A DNA stretch of 64,000 nucleotides from Candidatus Bipolaricaulota bacterium. Its GTDB lineage: Bacteria > Bipolaricaulota > Bipolaricaulia > Bipolaricaulales > Bipolaricaulaceae. The stretch spans positions 1 through 64,000 of the forward strand of contig CALKES010000016.1 of NCBI GenBank assembly GCA_938084715.1, in the 5' to 3' direction. A model generated the notes under the pieces. That model searched no databases. It saw only the letters and a program-made list of their open reading frames with translations, and was not told the DNA's origin. Below, one piece after another: positions 20,039 through 28,834 of this stretch; position 1 is the first letter of the stretch; the number at the start of each line of letters is the position of its first letter. A program made the position numbers and the translations under genes.

Positions 20039-20114
20039 TGGTCGGAGCGAGCGGATTTGAACCGCTGACCCCTGGCCCCCCATGCCAGTGCGCTACCAGG
20101 CTGCGCTACGCTCC
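20039..20114 (-). tRNA. tRNA-Pro (anticodon GGG) with an irregular anticodon arm
   Basis: Reverse complement: CGGAGCG-TA-GCGC-AGCCTGGTA-GCGC-A-CTGGC-ATGGGG(G)-(G)CCAG(G)-GGGTC-AGCGG-TTCAAAT-CCGCT-CGCTCCG-A-CCA. The D- and T-arms are identical in type to E. coli Pro tRNAs. The anticodon loop reads AUGGGGG, giving GGG with G37. Confidence 0.7.
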
Positions 20115-20199
20115 GCCAACAAAAATAGTACCGCCCCGCCCTCCTCCGCGCCAACGGGCCCCTTGCCCGCGGCCCCGAAGTGAACTACCCTCCCCGGCC

Positions 20200-21579
20200 A
20201 TGACCTCAGCAGAAGACGGCCGCCCACCCCAGGACGTCCCCCTCGACCCCAGGGGGGTCGCCGAGGTCCTGGGGGAGGCGATCCGCCTGCCCACGGTTTC
20301 CCACCAGGACCCCACGCAGTTCGACCCCCGCCCGTTCGCCGAGCTGCGGGCCCTGTTCGAAGCGTCCTTTCCCAACGTCCATGCGCACCTCAAGCGGGAG
20401 GTTGTCGCCGAGCACAGCCTCCTCTACACCTGGGAGGGGAGCGATCCCGCGCTTCCCCCGGCCCTCCTCATGGGCCACCTCGACGTCGTTCCGGTCGAGA
20501 AAGGGACGGAGAAGAACTGGACCCACCCCCCGTTCTCTGGGGCGATCGCCGACGGGTTCGTGTGGGGGCGGGGGGCACTCGATACCAAGGGGAGCGTGGT
20601 GGCGATCCTCGCCGCCGGGGAGGCCCTCCTGGGGAGGGGGTTCCGACCTCGGCGAACGGTGTACCTCGCCTTTGGCCACGACGAGGAGGTCTCCGGCCGC
20701 CGGGGGGCGAAGGGGATCGCCTCCCTCCTCGCCTCCCGGGGGGTGAGGCTCGCCTGGGTTTTGGACGAGGGTGGGTCGGTCCTCGCCGCCGGGGCGGTGC
20801 CCGGGGTCCGGGCACCGGTCGCCTCGGTGGGCGTGGCCGAAAAGGGCTACCTCACCGTGCGCCTCACCGCCCGGGGCCGAGGTGGCCACTCCGCGATGCC
20901 CCCCCGGGACACCGCCATCCGCCGCCTCGTCCGCGCCCTCGGGCGCCTGGAGCCCTCCCCGTTCCCGCCCCAGCTCCGGGAGCCCACCCGGAGCTTCCTC
21001 GCCGCCGTCGCCCCGGCGGCCCCCCTGGGGAAGAGGATCCTGTTCTCCAGCCTTTCCCTCCTGGGGCGGCCGGTGGCCTTGGCCATGGCCCGGAGCCCGG
21101 CCACCGCCGCCCTGGTCCAAACGACGGCTGCCGTGACGATCCTCCAGGCCGGGGCAAAGGAGAACGTCGTCCCTCAGACCGCCGAGGCCCGGGTCAACCT
21201 GCGCCTCCTCCCCGGGGAGACGGTGGAGGGGGCCCTCGCCCACCTGCGGCGCGCCGTCGGCCCAGGGATCGAGGTCGAGCCGGCCGCCGAGGGCTGGAAC
21301 CCCTCGCCCGTGAGCTCGCCCAGGGCGGAGGCGTTCCAGGCCCTGTCCCGGGTCGTCCGGGAACTCTTCCCGGGAACCCTCGTCGCCCCCAGCCTCGTCC
21401 TCGGGGCCACGGATGCCCGCCACTACGCGCCCCTTGCGGAGAGCACCTTTCGGTTTATCCCGGTTGTCCTCGCCCGGGACGACCTGGGCCGGATCCACGG
21501 AACCGACGAGCGGATCGGCGTCCACGCCCTGGACAAAGCCGTCCTGTTCTACGCCCGGCTCCTCCAGGAGGCGGCCTAG
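20200..21579 (+). CDS. M20-family metallopeptidase (carboxypeptidase/dipeptidase-like)
   Basis: MGHLDVVPV...W..PPF, GRGALDTKG, LAFGHDEEVSG and the dimerisation domain. ATG at 20200 verified in-frame. Confidence 0.85.
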   Translation: MTSAEDGRPPQDVPLDPRGVAEVLGEAIRLPTVSHQDPTQFDPRPFAELRALFEASFPNVHAHLKREVVAEHSLLYTWEGSDPALPPALLMGHLDVVPVEKGTEKNWTHPPFSGAIADGFVWGRGALDTKGSVVAILAAGEALLGRGFRPRRTVYLAFGHDEEVSGRRGAKGIASLLASRGVRLAWVLDEGGSVLAAGAVPGVRAPVASVGVAEKGYLTVRLTARGRGGHSAMPPRDTAIRRLVRALGRLEPSPFPPQLREPTRSFLAAVAPAAPLGKRILFSSLSLLGRPVALAMARSPATAALVQTTAAVTILQAGAKENVVPQTAEARVNLRLLPGETVEGALAHLRRAVGPGIEVEPAAEGWNPSPVSSPRAEAFQALSRVVRELFPGTLVAPSLVLGATDARHYAPLAESTFRFIPVVLARDDLGRIHGTDERIGVHALDKAVLFYARLLQEAA

Positions 21580-22772
21580 CGGGCCCTTGGTCTCCACAGG
21601 GCGAGGGCCCCCGCGGCAAGGAGGGCGAGCGACGCCCCAAAGAAGAACGGGGCCCGCGGCCCGAACCCCTGCCACAGCACCCCCGCGACAACCGACGCCG
21701 GAAGGTCGAGGGCCCCCACGACGAGGCTGTAGCTCCCGTACGCCGTCCCCCGGAGCTCCGGGGGGACAAGGTCCGCGACGAGGGCCTTGCCGGTTCCGTA
21801 GGCCAGCCCGTAGTACGCCCCGTAGGCGAGGTAGAGGACCCACATGTTCCAGGCTTGGCCCGCCAGGCCGAGACCGACGTAGATCCCCCCGTAGAGGAGC
21901 CAGCCGCCCACGATCACCCCCCGCCGCCCGACCCGGTCGGAAAGGGAGCCCGCCGGGGTTGAGACCAGGGCGTAGACGACGTTGAACCCGGCGAGCATCC
22001 CCAGGATCCCCGCCACGCTCGCCCCAAGGGTCTGCGCCCGCAGGACGAGAAACGCGTCCGCGGAGTTCCCAAGTTCAAAGAGGGCCACGATCCCAAGGAA
22101 GACGAGGAACGGTCGGCCCAGGGAACGGAACCGGACCGGGGGTCGCGCCTCCCTCACCTTCGGCCGCACCTCCCGGGCCCCGAGGGCCAGGACGAGAACG
22201 GCCAGGACCGCCGGAACCACACTGACGAGGACAACGGTGCGAAAGGTGGCGGCGGCGAGCTCGGACGCCCCCCCCTGGGTCAGGGCGACGGCGAGGAGGG
22301 CCCCGAGCACCCCGACGAGGGCCCCGGCGGTGTCGGCCGCCCGGTGGAGCCCAAACGCAAGCCCCCGCCTCTCCCCTGCCACCGCGTCGGCGATCAGGGC
22401 GTCCCGGGGCGCGGTCCGGATTCCCTTCCCCACCCGGTCCACCCACCGCGCCCCCGCCACCGCCCCCCACGAGCCCCCCAGGAGGAGGGGCTTCGCCGCG
22501 GCCGACAGGGCGTAGCCCCCGACGGCAAGGCCCTTGCGCCTCCCCAGCCGGTCGGAGATCCCGCCCGAGAACACCTTAAGGACCGAGGCCGCCGACTCGG
22601 CCACTCCCTCGATCACCCCGATCACGGCCGTGCCTACCCCCACCACGTTGGCAAGGAAGAGGGGGATGAGGTGGACAACCATTTCGCTCGCGATGTCCAT
22701 GAGGAAGCTCGTGGCGCTCGCTGCCCACAGGTTGCGGGGAAGCCCGCGGAGTTCTCGAAGGAGTCGGCTCAT
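21576..22772 (-). CDS. MFS transporter
   Basis: 12-TM profile and MFS loop motif GGISDRLGRRKGL. Confidence 0.8.
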   Translation of the reverse strand: MSRLLRELRGLPRNLWAASATSFLMDIASEMVVHLIPLFLANVVGVGTAVIGVIEGVAESAASVLKVFSGGISDRLGRRKGLAVGGYALSAAAKPLLLGGSWGAVAGARWVDRVGKGIRTAPRDALIADAVAGERRGLAFGLHRAADTAGALVGVLGALLAVALTQGGASELAAATFRTVVLVSVVPAVLAVLVLALGAREVRPKVREARPPVRFRSLGRPFLVFLGIVALFELGNSADAFLVLRAQTLGASVAGILGMLAGFNVVYALVSTPAGSLSDRVGRRGVIVGGWLLYGGIYVGLGLAGQAWNMWVLYLAYGAYYGLAYGTGKALVADLVPPELRGTAYGSYSLVVGALDLPASVVAGVLWQGFGPRAPFFFGASLALLAAGALALWRPRAR

Positions 22773-22787
22773 TCGGACCCTCGGACC

Positions 22788-23522
22788 TCAGGGGGTGCAG
22801 CGCTCGTACTCCGCCAGCACCCGGACCTCCTCCACAAGAAGCGAGGGCAGGGGGTAGGTGACCCACCGGTCCTCTGCGATCCGGACCTCCTCCCCCGCTG
22901 GGACTAGCCTCCCCCTCACCTCGACGTTCTTCCCGACGAGCGGCCCAAGGAGCGGATCCTCAACCCACGGCCACCGGGGCTTCCCCACGAGGATGTAGAA
23001 CCCCTCGAGTCCCACCGCGAACTCGCCCGTCTGGAGGAGGTAGAGCGGTCCCTCGCTCCGGGTGCACCAGAACTGCCGGAGGGCGAACAGGTACCCGCGG
23101 AGGCTGACCTGGCCCGGACGTTCGTCGGGGCCAACCCGTACTGTAATCCGCAGCGCCCCCTCCACGTGGACGGCCCCAGGGACGAGGGGGGCCACGGTCA
23201 CCGCGAGGCTCTCCTGGCCCGTCCGGCCGAGGAGGATGAGGGCGTCCGGGGCCTCCGAAAGCTCAAACGGCCCAAGCTCCCGGCCCTCCCCAGGGAGGAG
23301 GACGAGGAACGGGTAAAACGACCGGATGGAGAGCGCGGCGGTATCCCGGAGGAAGACGAGGGCGACGAACTCGTAGACCGGCCCCCCGCTCGACGGGTCC
23401 GCCGCGTTCCCTACCGCCACGGTCACCTGAACCTGAGCGACCCCCGGAAGGGCCAGTCCAAGGAGGCCAATCAGGGCCCCCAGAGCCACAACCCCCTTCC
23501 ACGTACCAGCGTGCATGGGCAT
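22788..23522 (-). CDS. Hypothetical secreted protein
   Basis: Start at ATG 23522 (M85 of the track ORF) gives signal peptide MPMHAGTWKGVVALGALIGLLGLALPGVAQ. No recognisable domain. Confidence 0.4.
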   Translation of the reverse strand: MPMHAGTWKGVVALGALIGLLGLALPGVAQVQVTVAVGNAADPSSGGPVYEFVALVFLRDTAALSIRSFYPFLVLLPGEGRELGPFELSEAPDALILLGRTGQESLAVTVAPLVPGAVHVEGALRITVRVGPDERPGQVSLRGYLFALRQFWCTRSEGPLYLLQTGEFAVGLEGFYILVGKPRWPWVEDPLLGPLVGKNVEVRGRLVPAGEEVRIAEDRWVTYPLPSLLVEEVRVLAEYERCTP

Positions 23523-23580
23523 CCCCCCTCTGCCCGGGCAACCCCGTCCGGGCCTGGAGGGGCCATTGTACGACGAAGAC

Positions 23581-24033
23581 CTAGTCCTGGGGTCGGGCCC
23601 CGACGTTGAACCCGGCGGTGGCCCCGGCGGCGGAGAGGAGAGGCCCAAAGGGGAGCACCATCTCCGGCACTTGGAGGGAGAAGCCGATCCCAAACGACAA
23701 GCCTGTTCCGGTGGCCGCCCCAAGAACCGCCAGGGGCACGTTTCCCTCGATCCCCAACAGGGTTCCCACCCCAATCACCCCCAGGCTCGCCCCGGCGATC
23801 GAGCCCCCGAAGAACCCAAGGTACGCCCCGACGATCACCCGGGCCAGAGCCTCCCACCCGGTGTAGCCCACGGACAGGGCCCACGAGAGGGCAAGCGCCC
23901 CCAAGGCACCCCCGGCGTAGCCCCCCAACACCCCCCCGACGAGCTCCGCGGCGACGGTGTACCGGGGGACTTGGGCCAGGGCCGGGGCACCAGCCACGAG
24001 GAGGGCCAGACCAACAACCCCAATTCTCACCAC
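23581..24033 (-). CDS. Hypothetical glycine-zipper-rich membrane protein
   Basis: Signal/TM MVRIGVVGLALLVAGAPALA followed by repeated GxxxG segments. Confidence 0.35.
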   Translation of the reverse strand: MVRIGVVGLALLVAGAPALAQVPRYTVAAELVGGVLGGYAGGALGALALSWALSVGYTGWEALARVIVGAYLGFFGGSIAGASLGVIGVGTLLGIEGNVPLAVLGAATGTGLSFGIGFSLQVPEMVLPFGPLLSAAGATAGFNVGARPQD

Positions 24034-24121
24034 AACGCCTCACCTCCTACGGGAAGTTTAGCCGAGTCCGGGAGCTTCACCCCCGGGCTTCGTCGTGGTA
24101 CCATCCTCCCACGGAGGGGAG

Positions 24122-24538
24122 ATGAAGAAGCTCGGGATCTTGGGCGCAGTCGTCGTGACCCTCGGGATCGTGGGTGTTGGCCAAGAGATTTCCGGGTCGT
24201 GGACCTCGGGGCTCACCTTGGGCGGTCACGGCGTCTCCCTCGCCTGGGGCTTGACCCTCCGCCTCGCCGGCCCGGGGTGGGGGATCACGACGACCTTCGA
24301 TCCCGCGCTTCGCGCGCCAAGCGTCGGCGCCCTTACCCTCGGAGCTCAGTTCGGGGCCTGGACGCTCGAGGCCGGGGCCGTGGTCCTCCTTCCGCCCCCC
24401 TCGGCCCGAACCTTCGGATCAAGCACTGGCCCGTGGGCCACGCCACGGATGGTCTTCCGAAGTGGTTTTGTCTCCCTGGAGCTAGCCGTGGGGAACCTCA
24501 CCCTTCGCCTCACCCTCCACGCGGGCTCGGGGGAGTAG
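24122..24538 (+). CDS. Hypothetical secreted protein
   Basis: MKKLGILGAVVVTLGIVGVG signal peptide. The 3' end overlaps the convergent macro-domain gene by 29 nt. Confidence 0.3.
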   Translation: MKKLGILGAVVVTLGIVGVGQEISGSWTSGLTLGGHGVSLAWGLTLRLAGPGWGITTTFDPALRAPSVGALTLGAQFGAWTLEAGAVVLLPPPSARTFGSSTGPWATPRMVFRSGFVSLELAVGNLTLRLTLHAGSGE

Positions 24539-25100
24539 GGCCGCGCTCGAGCTCGTCCCACGCCCCACGGTAGGCGGTGAAGTCGGAGGAGGAGAAAAGG
24601 ACGAGCCGGACCTCGGCAAGCTTCCCCGGGTGCTCCTCGAGGAACGCCCGGATCGCCCCCAGGGCCACGGGGGCCGCCCTCTCCACGGGGTAGCCGTAGA
24701 CCCCGGTGGAGATGCTCGGGAACGCGACCGAGCGGGCCCCGTGGGCGAGGGCAAGCTCGAGGGACGCGCGGTAGGCCCGGGCGAGGAGCTCGGCCTCCCC
24801 ATGCCGGCCGCCCCGCCAGATCGGGCCCACGGTGTGGACGACCCACCGCGCCCGGAGGTCTCCGGCGGGGGTGAGGACGGCTTCACCGGGGGAGAGGGGC
24901 CCCCGCTCCCGGCGGAGGGCGGCGCAGGCCCGCGTGACCTCGGGACCCCCGGCGCGGTGGATCGCCCCCGACACCCCGCCCCCCGGGGTGAGCTGGGGGT
25001 TGGCCGCGTTCACGACCGCGTCGACCGCCTGCGTGGTGATGTCCCCCCGGAGGAGGACGAGCCGGGTCCCCCCAAGCTCGACTTCAAACCGCTCCGTCAT
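24510..25100 (-). CDS. Macro-domain protein (O-acetyl-ADP-ribose deacetylase, YmdB/Af1521-like)
   Basis: DITTQAVDAVVNAANPQL..GGGVSGAIHRAGG and AFPSISTGVYGYP are canonical macro-domain motifs. Confidence 0.85.
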   Translation of the reverse strand: MTERFEVELGGTRLVLLRGDITTQAVDAVVNAANPQLTPGGGVSGAIHRAGGPEVTRACAALRRERGPLSPGEAVLTPAGDLRARWVVHTVGPIWRGGRHGEAELLARAYRASLELALAHGARSVAFPSISTGVYGYPVERAAPVALGAIRAFLEEHPGKLAEVRLVLFSSSDFTAYRGAWDELERGPTPPSPRGG

Positions 25101-25885
25101 CGTCCCTCCAACGCCGCGCGGGCCTCCCCGACGAGGTCCCCGGCGTGGGCCACGGCCTCCCGGGCCGCGGCCGGCCGGACCCGCTCCCGGGGAGGAGGCG
25201 CCCCGGGTTCCCCCATGTCGAGCGCGATCCCGTTCAGGCGGAGGAGGGCCCGAAAGCGGCGAAACGCGGGGTCGGCCTTCACCGCCCGGGCCAGGAGCTC
25301 CGGGATCCCGTCGTGGGCGATCGCCTCGGGGTCTGCCCCGTGGGCGAGGAGGTACGCCCGCAGGGCCCGGTCCGCCGCCACGAGGGCCGCATCCAGGGCC
25401 CAGTCGGGATGGCCTCCCTCCAGAAGCCCCTCGGCGGCGGCGAGATCGCCCCCCGCCTGGCGGAGGTGGCGCTCGGCCTCCACCTGCCGCTCCTCGTCCG
25501 TCCAGTGCGTCCCCACCCCGCCCCGAAGCTCGTCGGGCATCCCCTCGTCGGAGAACCCGAACCGGTGCCCGAGCTCGTGGTACACCGTGCGTCGGATCTG
25601 ATCCCGGAGCTCGTCCTCATTCCGGCACCAGGCCTCGAGGGGCCGCCGGTAGAGGACGAGCGTCCCGGGGAAGTCGCCCGGGGTGTCCACGTCGGGGAGG
25701 GAGGGCCCGTCGTACATCCCGAACGGGTAGTCCGGGGGGACGAGGCCCCACTCCCGCATCAGCTCGTCGTCGGGGTAGTCCTCGACCCGGACCTCGAGCC
25801 CGTTCAGGTACCGCCGGAACTCCTCCGGGAGCTCCTCAAGGGCCTCCCCCAGGAGTTCCTCGAACCGCTTGCGGCTGACCTCCAT
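25097..25885 (-). CDS. Zincin-like metallopeptidase (DUF1025-type, HExxH) fused to a C-terminal HEPN-like domain
   Basis: ATG 25885 verified by counting 262 codons. N-terminal RFEELLGEALEELPEEFRRYLNGLEVRVEDYP...VYHELGHRFG (HELGH). C-terminal ADRALRAYLLAHGADPEAIAHDGIPELL resembles the HEPN core (QAVEKALKALLL..G.....H.L.EL) and contains Rx5H. Its stop overlaps the macro-gene start by 4 nt. Confidence 0.65.
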   Translation of the reverse strand: MEVSRKRFEELLGEALEELPEEFRRYLNGLEVRVEDYPDDELMREWGLVPPDYPFGMYDGPSLPDVDTPGDFPGTLVLYRRPLEAWCRNEDELRDQIRRTVYHELGHRFGFSDEGMPDELRGGVGTHWTDEERQVEAERHLRQAGGDLAAAEGLLEGGHPDWALDAALVAADRALRAYLLAHGADPEAIAHDGIPELLARAVKADPAFRRFRALLRLNGIALDMGEPGAPPPRERVRPAAAREAVAHAGDLVGEARAALEGR

Positions 25886-25951
25886 CGGCCCCAATCGTAC
25901 CCCGCTGACGCGACCAACCGAGGCCCTCCCCCGGCCTATAATGAGCCCGAG

Positions 25952-27979
25952 GTGATCGCCGTGGAGACGGTGTGGGTGGCGGTTCCGCTGATCATCTTGG
26001 CCCTTCTGATCCTCCCCTCGATCCGGGTCATCGGCCCCGACCAGGTGGGGCTCGTGATCAAGCGATTCGGCTTCAAGAAGCTTCGGGAGGGGGAGGTCAT
26101 CGCCTTCCATGGGGAGGCGGGGTACCAGGCTGACCTCCTCCTCCCAGGATGGCGGTTCAAGCTGTGGATCGTGTACCGGGTGAGCAAGCACCCCATGGTC
26201 CAAATCCCCGCCGGCCAGATCGGGGTCGTGATCGCCCAGGTGGGCAAGCCCCTCGACCCCGGGGCCAAGTCGGGGATCTACCGGAAGGAGTTCGGGGACT
26301 TCCGGGACCTCCGGGCGTTCGTCGCTTTGGGGGGGCAGAAGGGCGTCCAGCGGCCGGTCCTCCCCCCGGGGACCGTGGCCCCGATCCACCCCGTGGGGTT
26401 CCTCGTCATCACCAAGGACCGGGTGTACGGGGTCCCCATCTCCCCGGAGCTCCAGGCCCAGAAGCGGCTCGGCCCCGAGACGTGGGGCCTCAAGCCCGAG
26501 GACCTCATGGTCACGGTGATCGAGCCCGTCCGCCGCCGGCTCCCCAGCGGAGAGATCGAGCAGGTGGACGTGGTGGGGATTGTGGAGACGTTCGAGGGGC
26601 CGCCCCTGGACCCGGGGGACATCGCCGGCCGCCTGGGCGGGTTCTCCGACATCGAGGAGCTCGAGGCCCGCGGGGCAGACGACCTTGAGCTTGTCAACGC
26701 AGTCCTCAACAGCAAGAACGTCCTCCACAACAACTACCAAGACTACCAAGCGTTCCTTGATCACGGGGGTCGGATCGGGATCCAGCACGACCCCCTCCTC
26801 TACGGGGCCTACAACCTCAACCCGTTCCTCGTCCGGGTGACCCAGGTCCCGATGCTCGTCGTGGAGCAGGGGGAGGTGGCGGTGATCAAGTCCTACGTGG
26901 GCCTGGAGCCCCGGGACGTCTCGGGCGGGGAGTTCCGGTTCGGGACCCTCGTCCGCCCCGGCCACCGCGGGATCTGGCGGGAGCCCCTCCGCACGGGGAA
27001 GTACGCGATCAACCCGTACTGCTACGACCACGAGATCGTCCCGACCTACATCCTGACCCTCAACTGGGCCCTCCAGACCTCGGAGGCCCACAAGCTCGAC
27101 CGGCACCTGAGCCAGATCGTGGCCAAGAGCCGAGAGGGGTTTGTGTTCAAGATCGACCTTCAGGTGCAGATCCACATCCCCGACGTTCAGGCCCCGCGGG
27201 TGATCTCGGCGGTGGGAACGATGGAGAACCTCGTGGACGAGGTCCTGCAGGCCGCGGTGGGGAACCACTTCCGGGATAAGCTCCAGAGCATGCCGGCGAT
27301 CATGTTCATCGAGAACCGCCAGCGGGTCCAAGAAGAGGCCCTGGAGCACATCAGCCGCCAGCTGCGGGTGTACAACGTGGACACCCGGGGGGTGTTCATC
27401 CAGGACGTCATCCTCCCCGAGCAGCTCGTGGAGGTCCTGACCCAGCGGGAGATCGCCAACCAGCAGATCCAGACCTTCCGCAAGCAGCAGGAGGCGGAGA
27501 CGGTGCGGATCGAGACGGAGCGGCAGCGGGGGACGGCCGACCAGCAGGCGGAGCTCGCCCGGTCCACGGTGGGGATCCAGATCGCCAAGAATCAGGCCGC
27601 GGCCCGGATCGCCCAGGCGGAAGGGGAGGCGACCTACCTCGAGCAGGTGGGGACCGCCAAGGCGGCCGAGGTGCGGGCGGTGGGGCTGGCGAGGGCCGAG
27701 GCCTACGCCAAGCAGGTGGAGGCCTTGGGGGCCGACTACACCGCGCTGGTCAACGCGATCACGGCCCTAGCGGGCGGCCAGCAGCCGTTCGTCCCCGAGG
27801 TCCTCGTCACGGGAGCGGAGGGGAGAGGGGCGATGGACGCCCTCATGGGAACCCTGACCGGGCTCCTCCGGAAGGACGGCTGGCCGACCCTGGGCTCCCG
27901 GACGCGGCGGACGTCGGGGGCCGAGGAACCCTTGGGTCCGACCGGGGATCCAGGTGCCCCGGAGGTGCCACCTGGTTAG
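25952..27979 (+). CDS. SPFH/Band-7 (flotillin/YqiK-like) protein with a long C-terminal coiled-coil
   Basis: An N-terminal TM followed by an SPFH core, then Q/A/E/R-rich heptad-like repeats (QQEAETVRIETERQRGTADQQAELAR...). Start GTG 25952 or 25961. Confidence 0.75.
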   Translation: MIAVETVWVAVPLIILALLILPSIRVIGPDQVGLVIKRFGFKKLREGEVIAFHGEAGYQADLLLPGWRFKLWIVYRVSKHPMVQIPAGQIGVVIAQVGKPLDPGAKSGIYRKEFGDFRDLRAFVALGGQKGVQRPVLPPGTVAPIHPVGFLVITKDRVYGVPISPELQAQKRLGPETWGLKPEDLMVTVIEPVRRRLPSGEIEQVDVVGIVETFEGPPLDPGDIAGRLGGFSDIEELEARGADDLELVNAVLNSKNVLHNNYQDYQAFLDHGGRIGIQHDPLLYGAYNLNPFLVRVTQVPMLVVEQGEVAVIKSYVGLEPRDVSGGEFRFGTLVRPGHRGIWREPLRTGKYAINPYCYDHEIVPTYILTLNWALQTSEAHKLDRHLSQIVAKSREGFVFKIDLQVQIHIPDVQAPRVISAVGTMENLVDEVLQAAVGNHFRDKLQSMPAIMFIENRQRVQEEALEHISRQLRVYNVDTRGVFIQDVILPEQLVEVLTQREIANQQIQTFRKQQEAETVRIETERQRGTADQQAELARSTVGIQIAKNQAAARIAQAEGEATYLEQVGTAKAAEVRAVGLARAEAYAKQVEALGADYTALVNAITALAGGQQPFVPEVLVTGAEGRGAMDALMGTLTGLLRKDGWPTLGSRTRRTSGAEEPLGPTGDPGAPEVPPG

Positions 27980-28030
27980 GGTGGAGAAGCCCCGGTGGAC
28001 CGTGCCCGCCCAGGGGGTAGAGTTCCGTCC

Positions 28031-28825
28031 ATGCGCGTAGGGTACGTTCAGTTCGCCCCGGAGTTCGGGGAGGTTCGCCGGAACCTCGACCGGGTGGGGG
28101 AGCTCCTCGCCCACGGCCGGGCTGACCTCTGGGTCCTCCCCGAGCTCTTCAGCACCGGCTACCAGTTCCGCTCGGTTGGGGAGCTCTCGGAGCTCGCCGA
28201 GCCCGTCCCGGAGGGGCCCACGACGACCCGGCTCGTCGCCCTGGCCCGGGAGGGGGGCTTTCACCTCGCGGCCGGGATTGCCGAGAAGGCCGACGGCCGC
28301 CTGTACAACTCGGCCGTCCTCGTCGGGCCCCACGGCCTCGTCGCCCGCTACCGGAAGGTCCACCTCTTCTACGAGGAGCGGAACCTCTTTGCCCCCGGGG
28401 ACCTCCCGTTCTCGATCGCTCAGGTCGGGGGAGCCAAGGTCGGGCTCCTCGTGTGCTACGACCACCTCTTTCCCGAGGCGGCGCGGACCCTCGCCCTCCT
28501 CGGGGCGGACCTCATCGCCCACCCGGCAAACCTCGTCATGCCAGGCTTGGGGCAGCTCACGATGAGGGTCCGAGCCCTGGAAAACCGCGTGTTCACCGTG
28601 ACCGCCAACCGAATCGGGACGGAGGCCCGGACCGGAGAGGCCCTCCGCTTCACCGGCCTGTCCCAGGTCGTCGCCCCAAACGGCGACGTCCTCCTCCAGG
28701 CCCCCCAGGACAGGGAGGAGGCGCGGGCCGTGGAGATCGACCCCGCCCGGGCCCGGGACAAGCGCCTCACCCGGCTGAACGACGTCCTGGCCGACCGGCG
28801 GCCGGAGTTCTACCATCTCGCGTAG
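28031..28825 (+). CDS. Carbon-nitrogen hydrolase family protein (nitrilase/amidase superfamily)
   Basis: Catalytic triad context: E in LWVLPELF, K in YRKVHLF, C in GLLVCYD. Confidence 0.85.
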   Translation: MRVGYVQFAPEFGEVRRNLDRVGELLAHGRADLWVLPELFSTGYQFRSVGELSELAEPVPEGPTTTRLVALAREGGFHLAAGIAEKADGRLYNSAVLVGPHGLVARYRKVHLFYEERNLFAPGDLPFSIAQVGGAKVGLLVCYDHLFPEAARTLALLGADLIAHPANLVMPGLGQLTMRVRALENRVFTVTANRIGTEARTGEALRFTGLSQVVAPNGDVLLQAPQDREEARAVEIDPARARDKRLTRLNDVLADRRPEFYHLA

Positions 28826-28834
28826 GATCGCCCC

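Noticed and set aside
18805-20199. N-terminal extension of the M20 peptidase ORF (18805-21579) and of the glycosyltransferase ORF (to 20154)
   Set aside because: Both read through tRNA-Pro. Real starts are ATG 20200 and ATG 20010.
25097-27349. 750-aa minus ORF, and the 944-aa plus ORF 25145-27979
   Set aside because: N-terminal extensions are frame artefacts. Real genes are 25097-25885 (zincin-HEPN) and ~25952-27979 (SPFH), with starts verified by codon counting.
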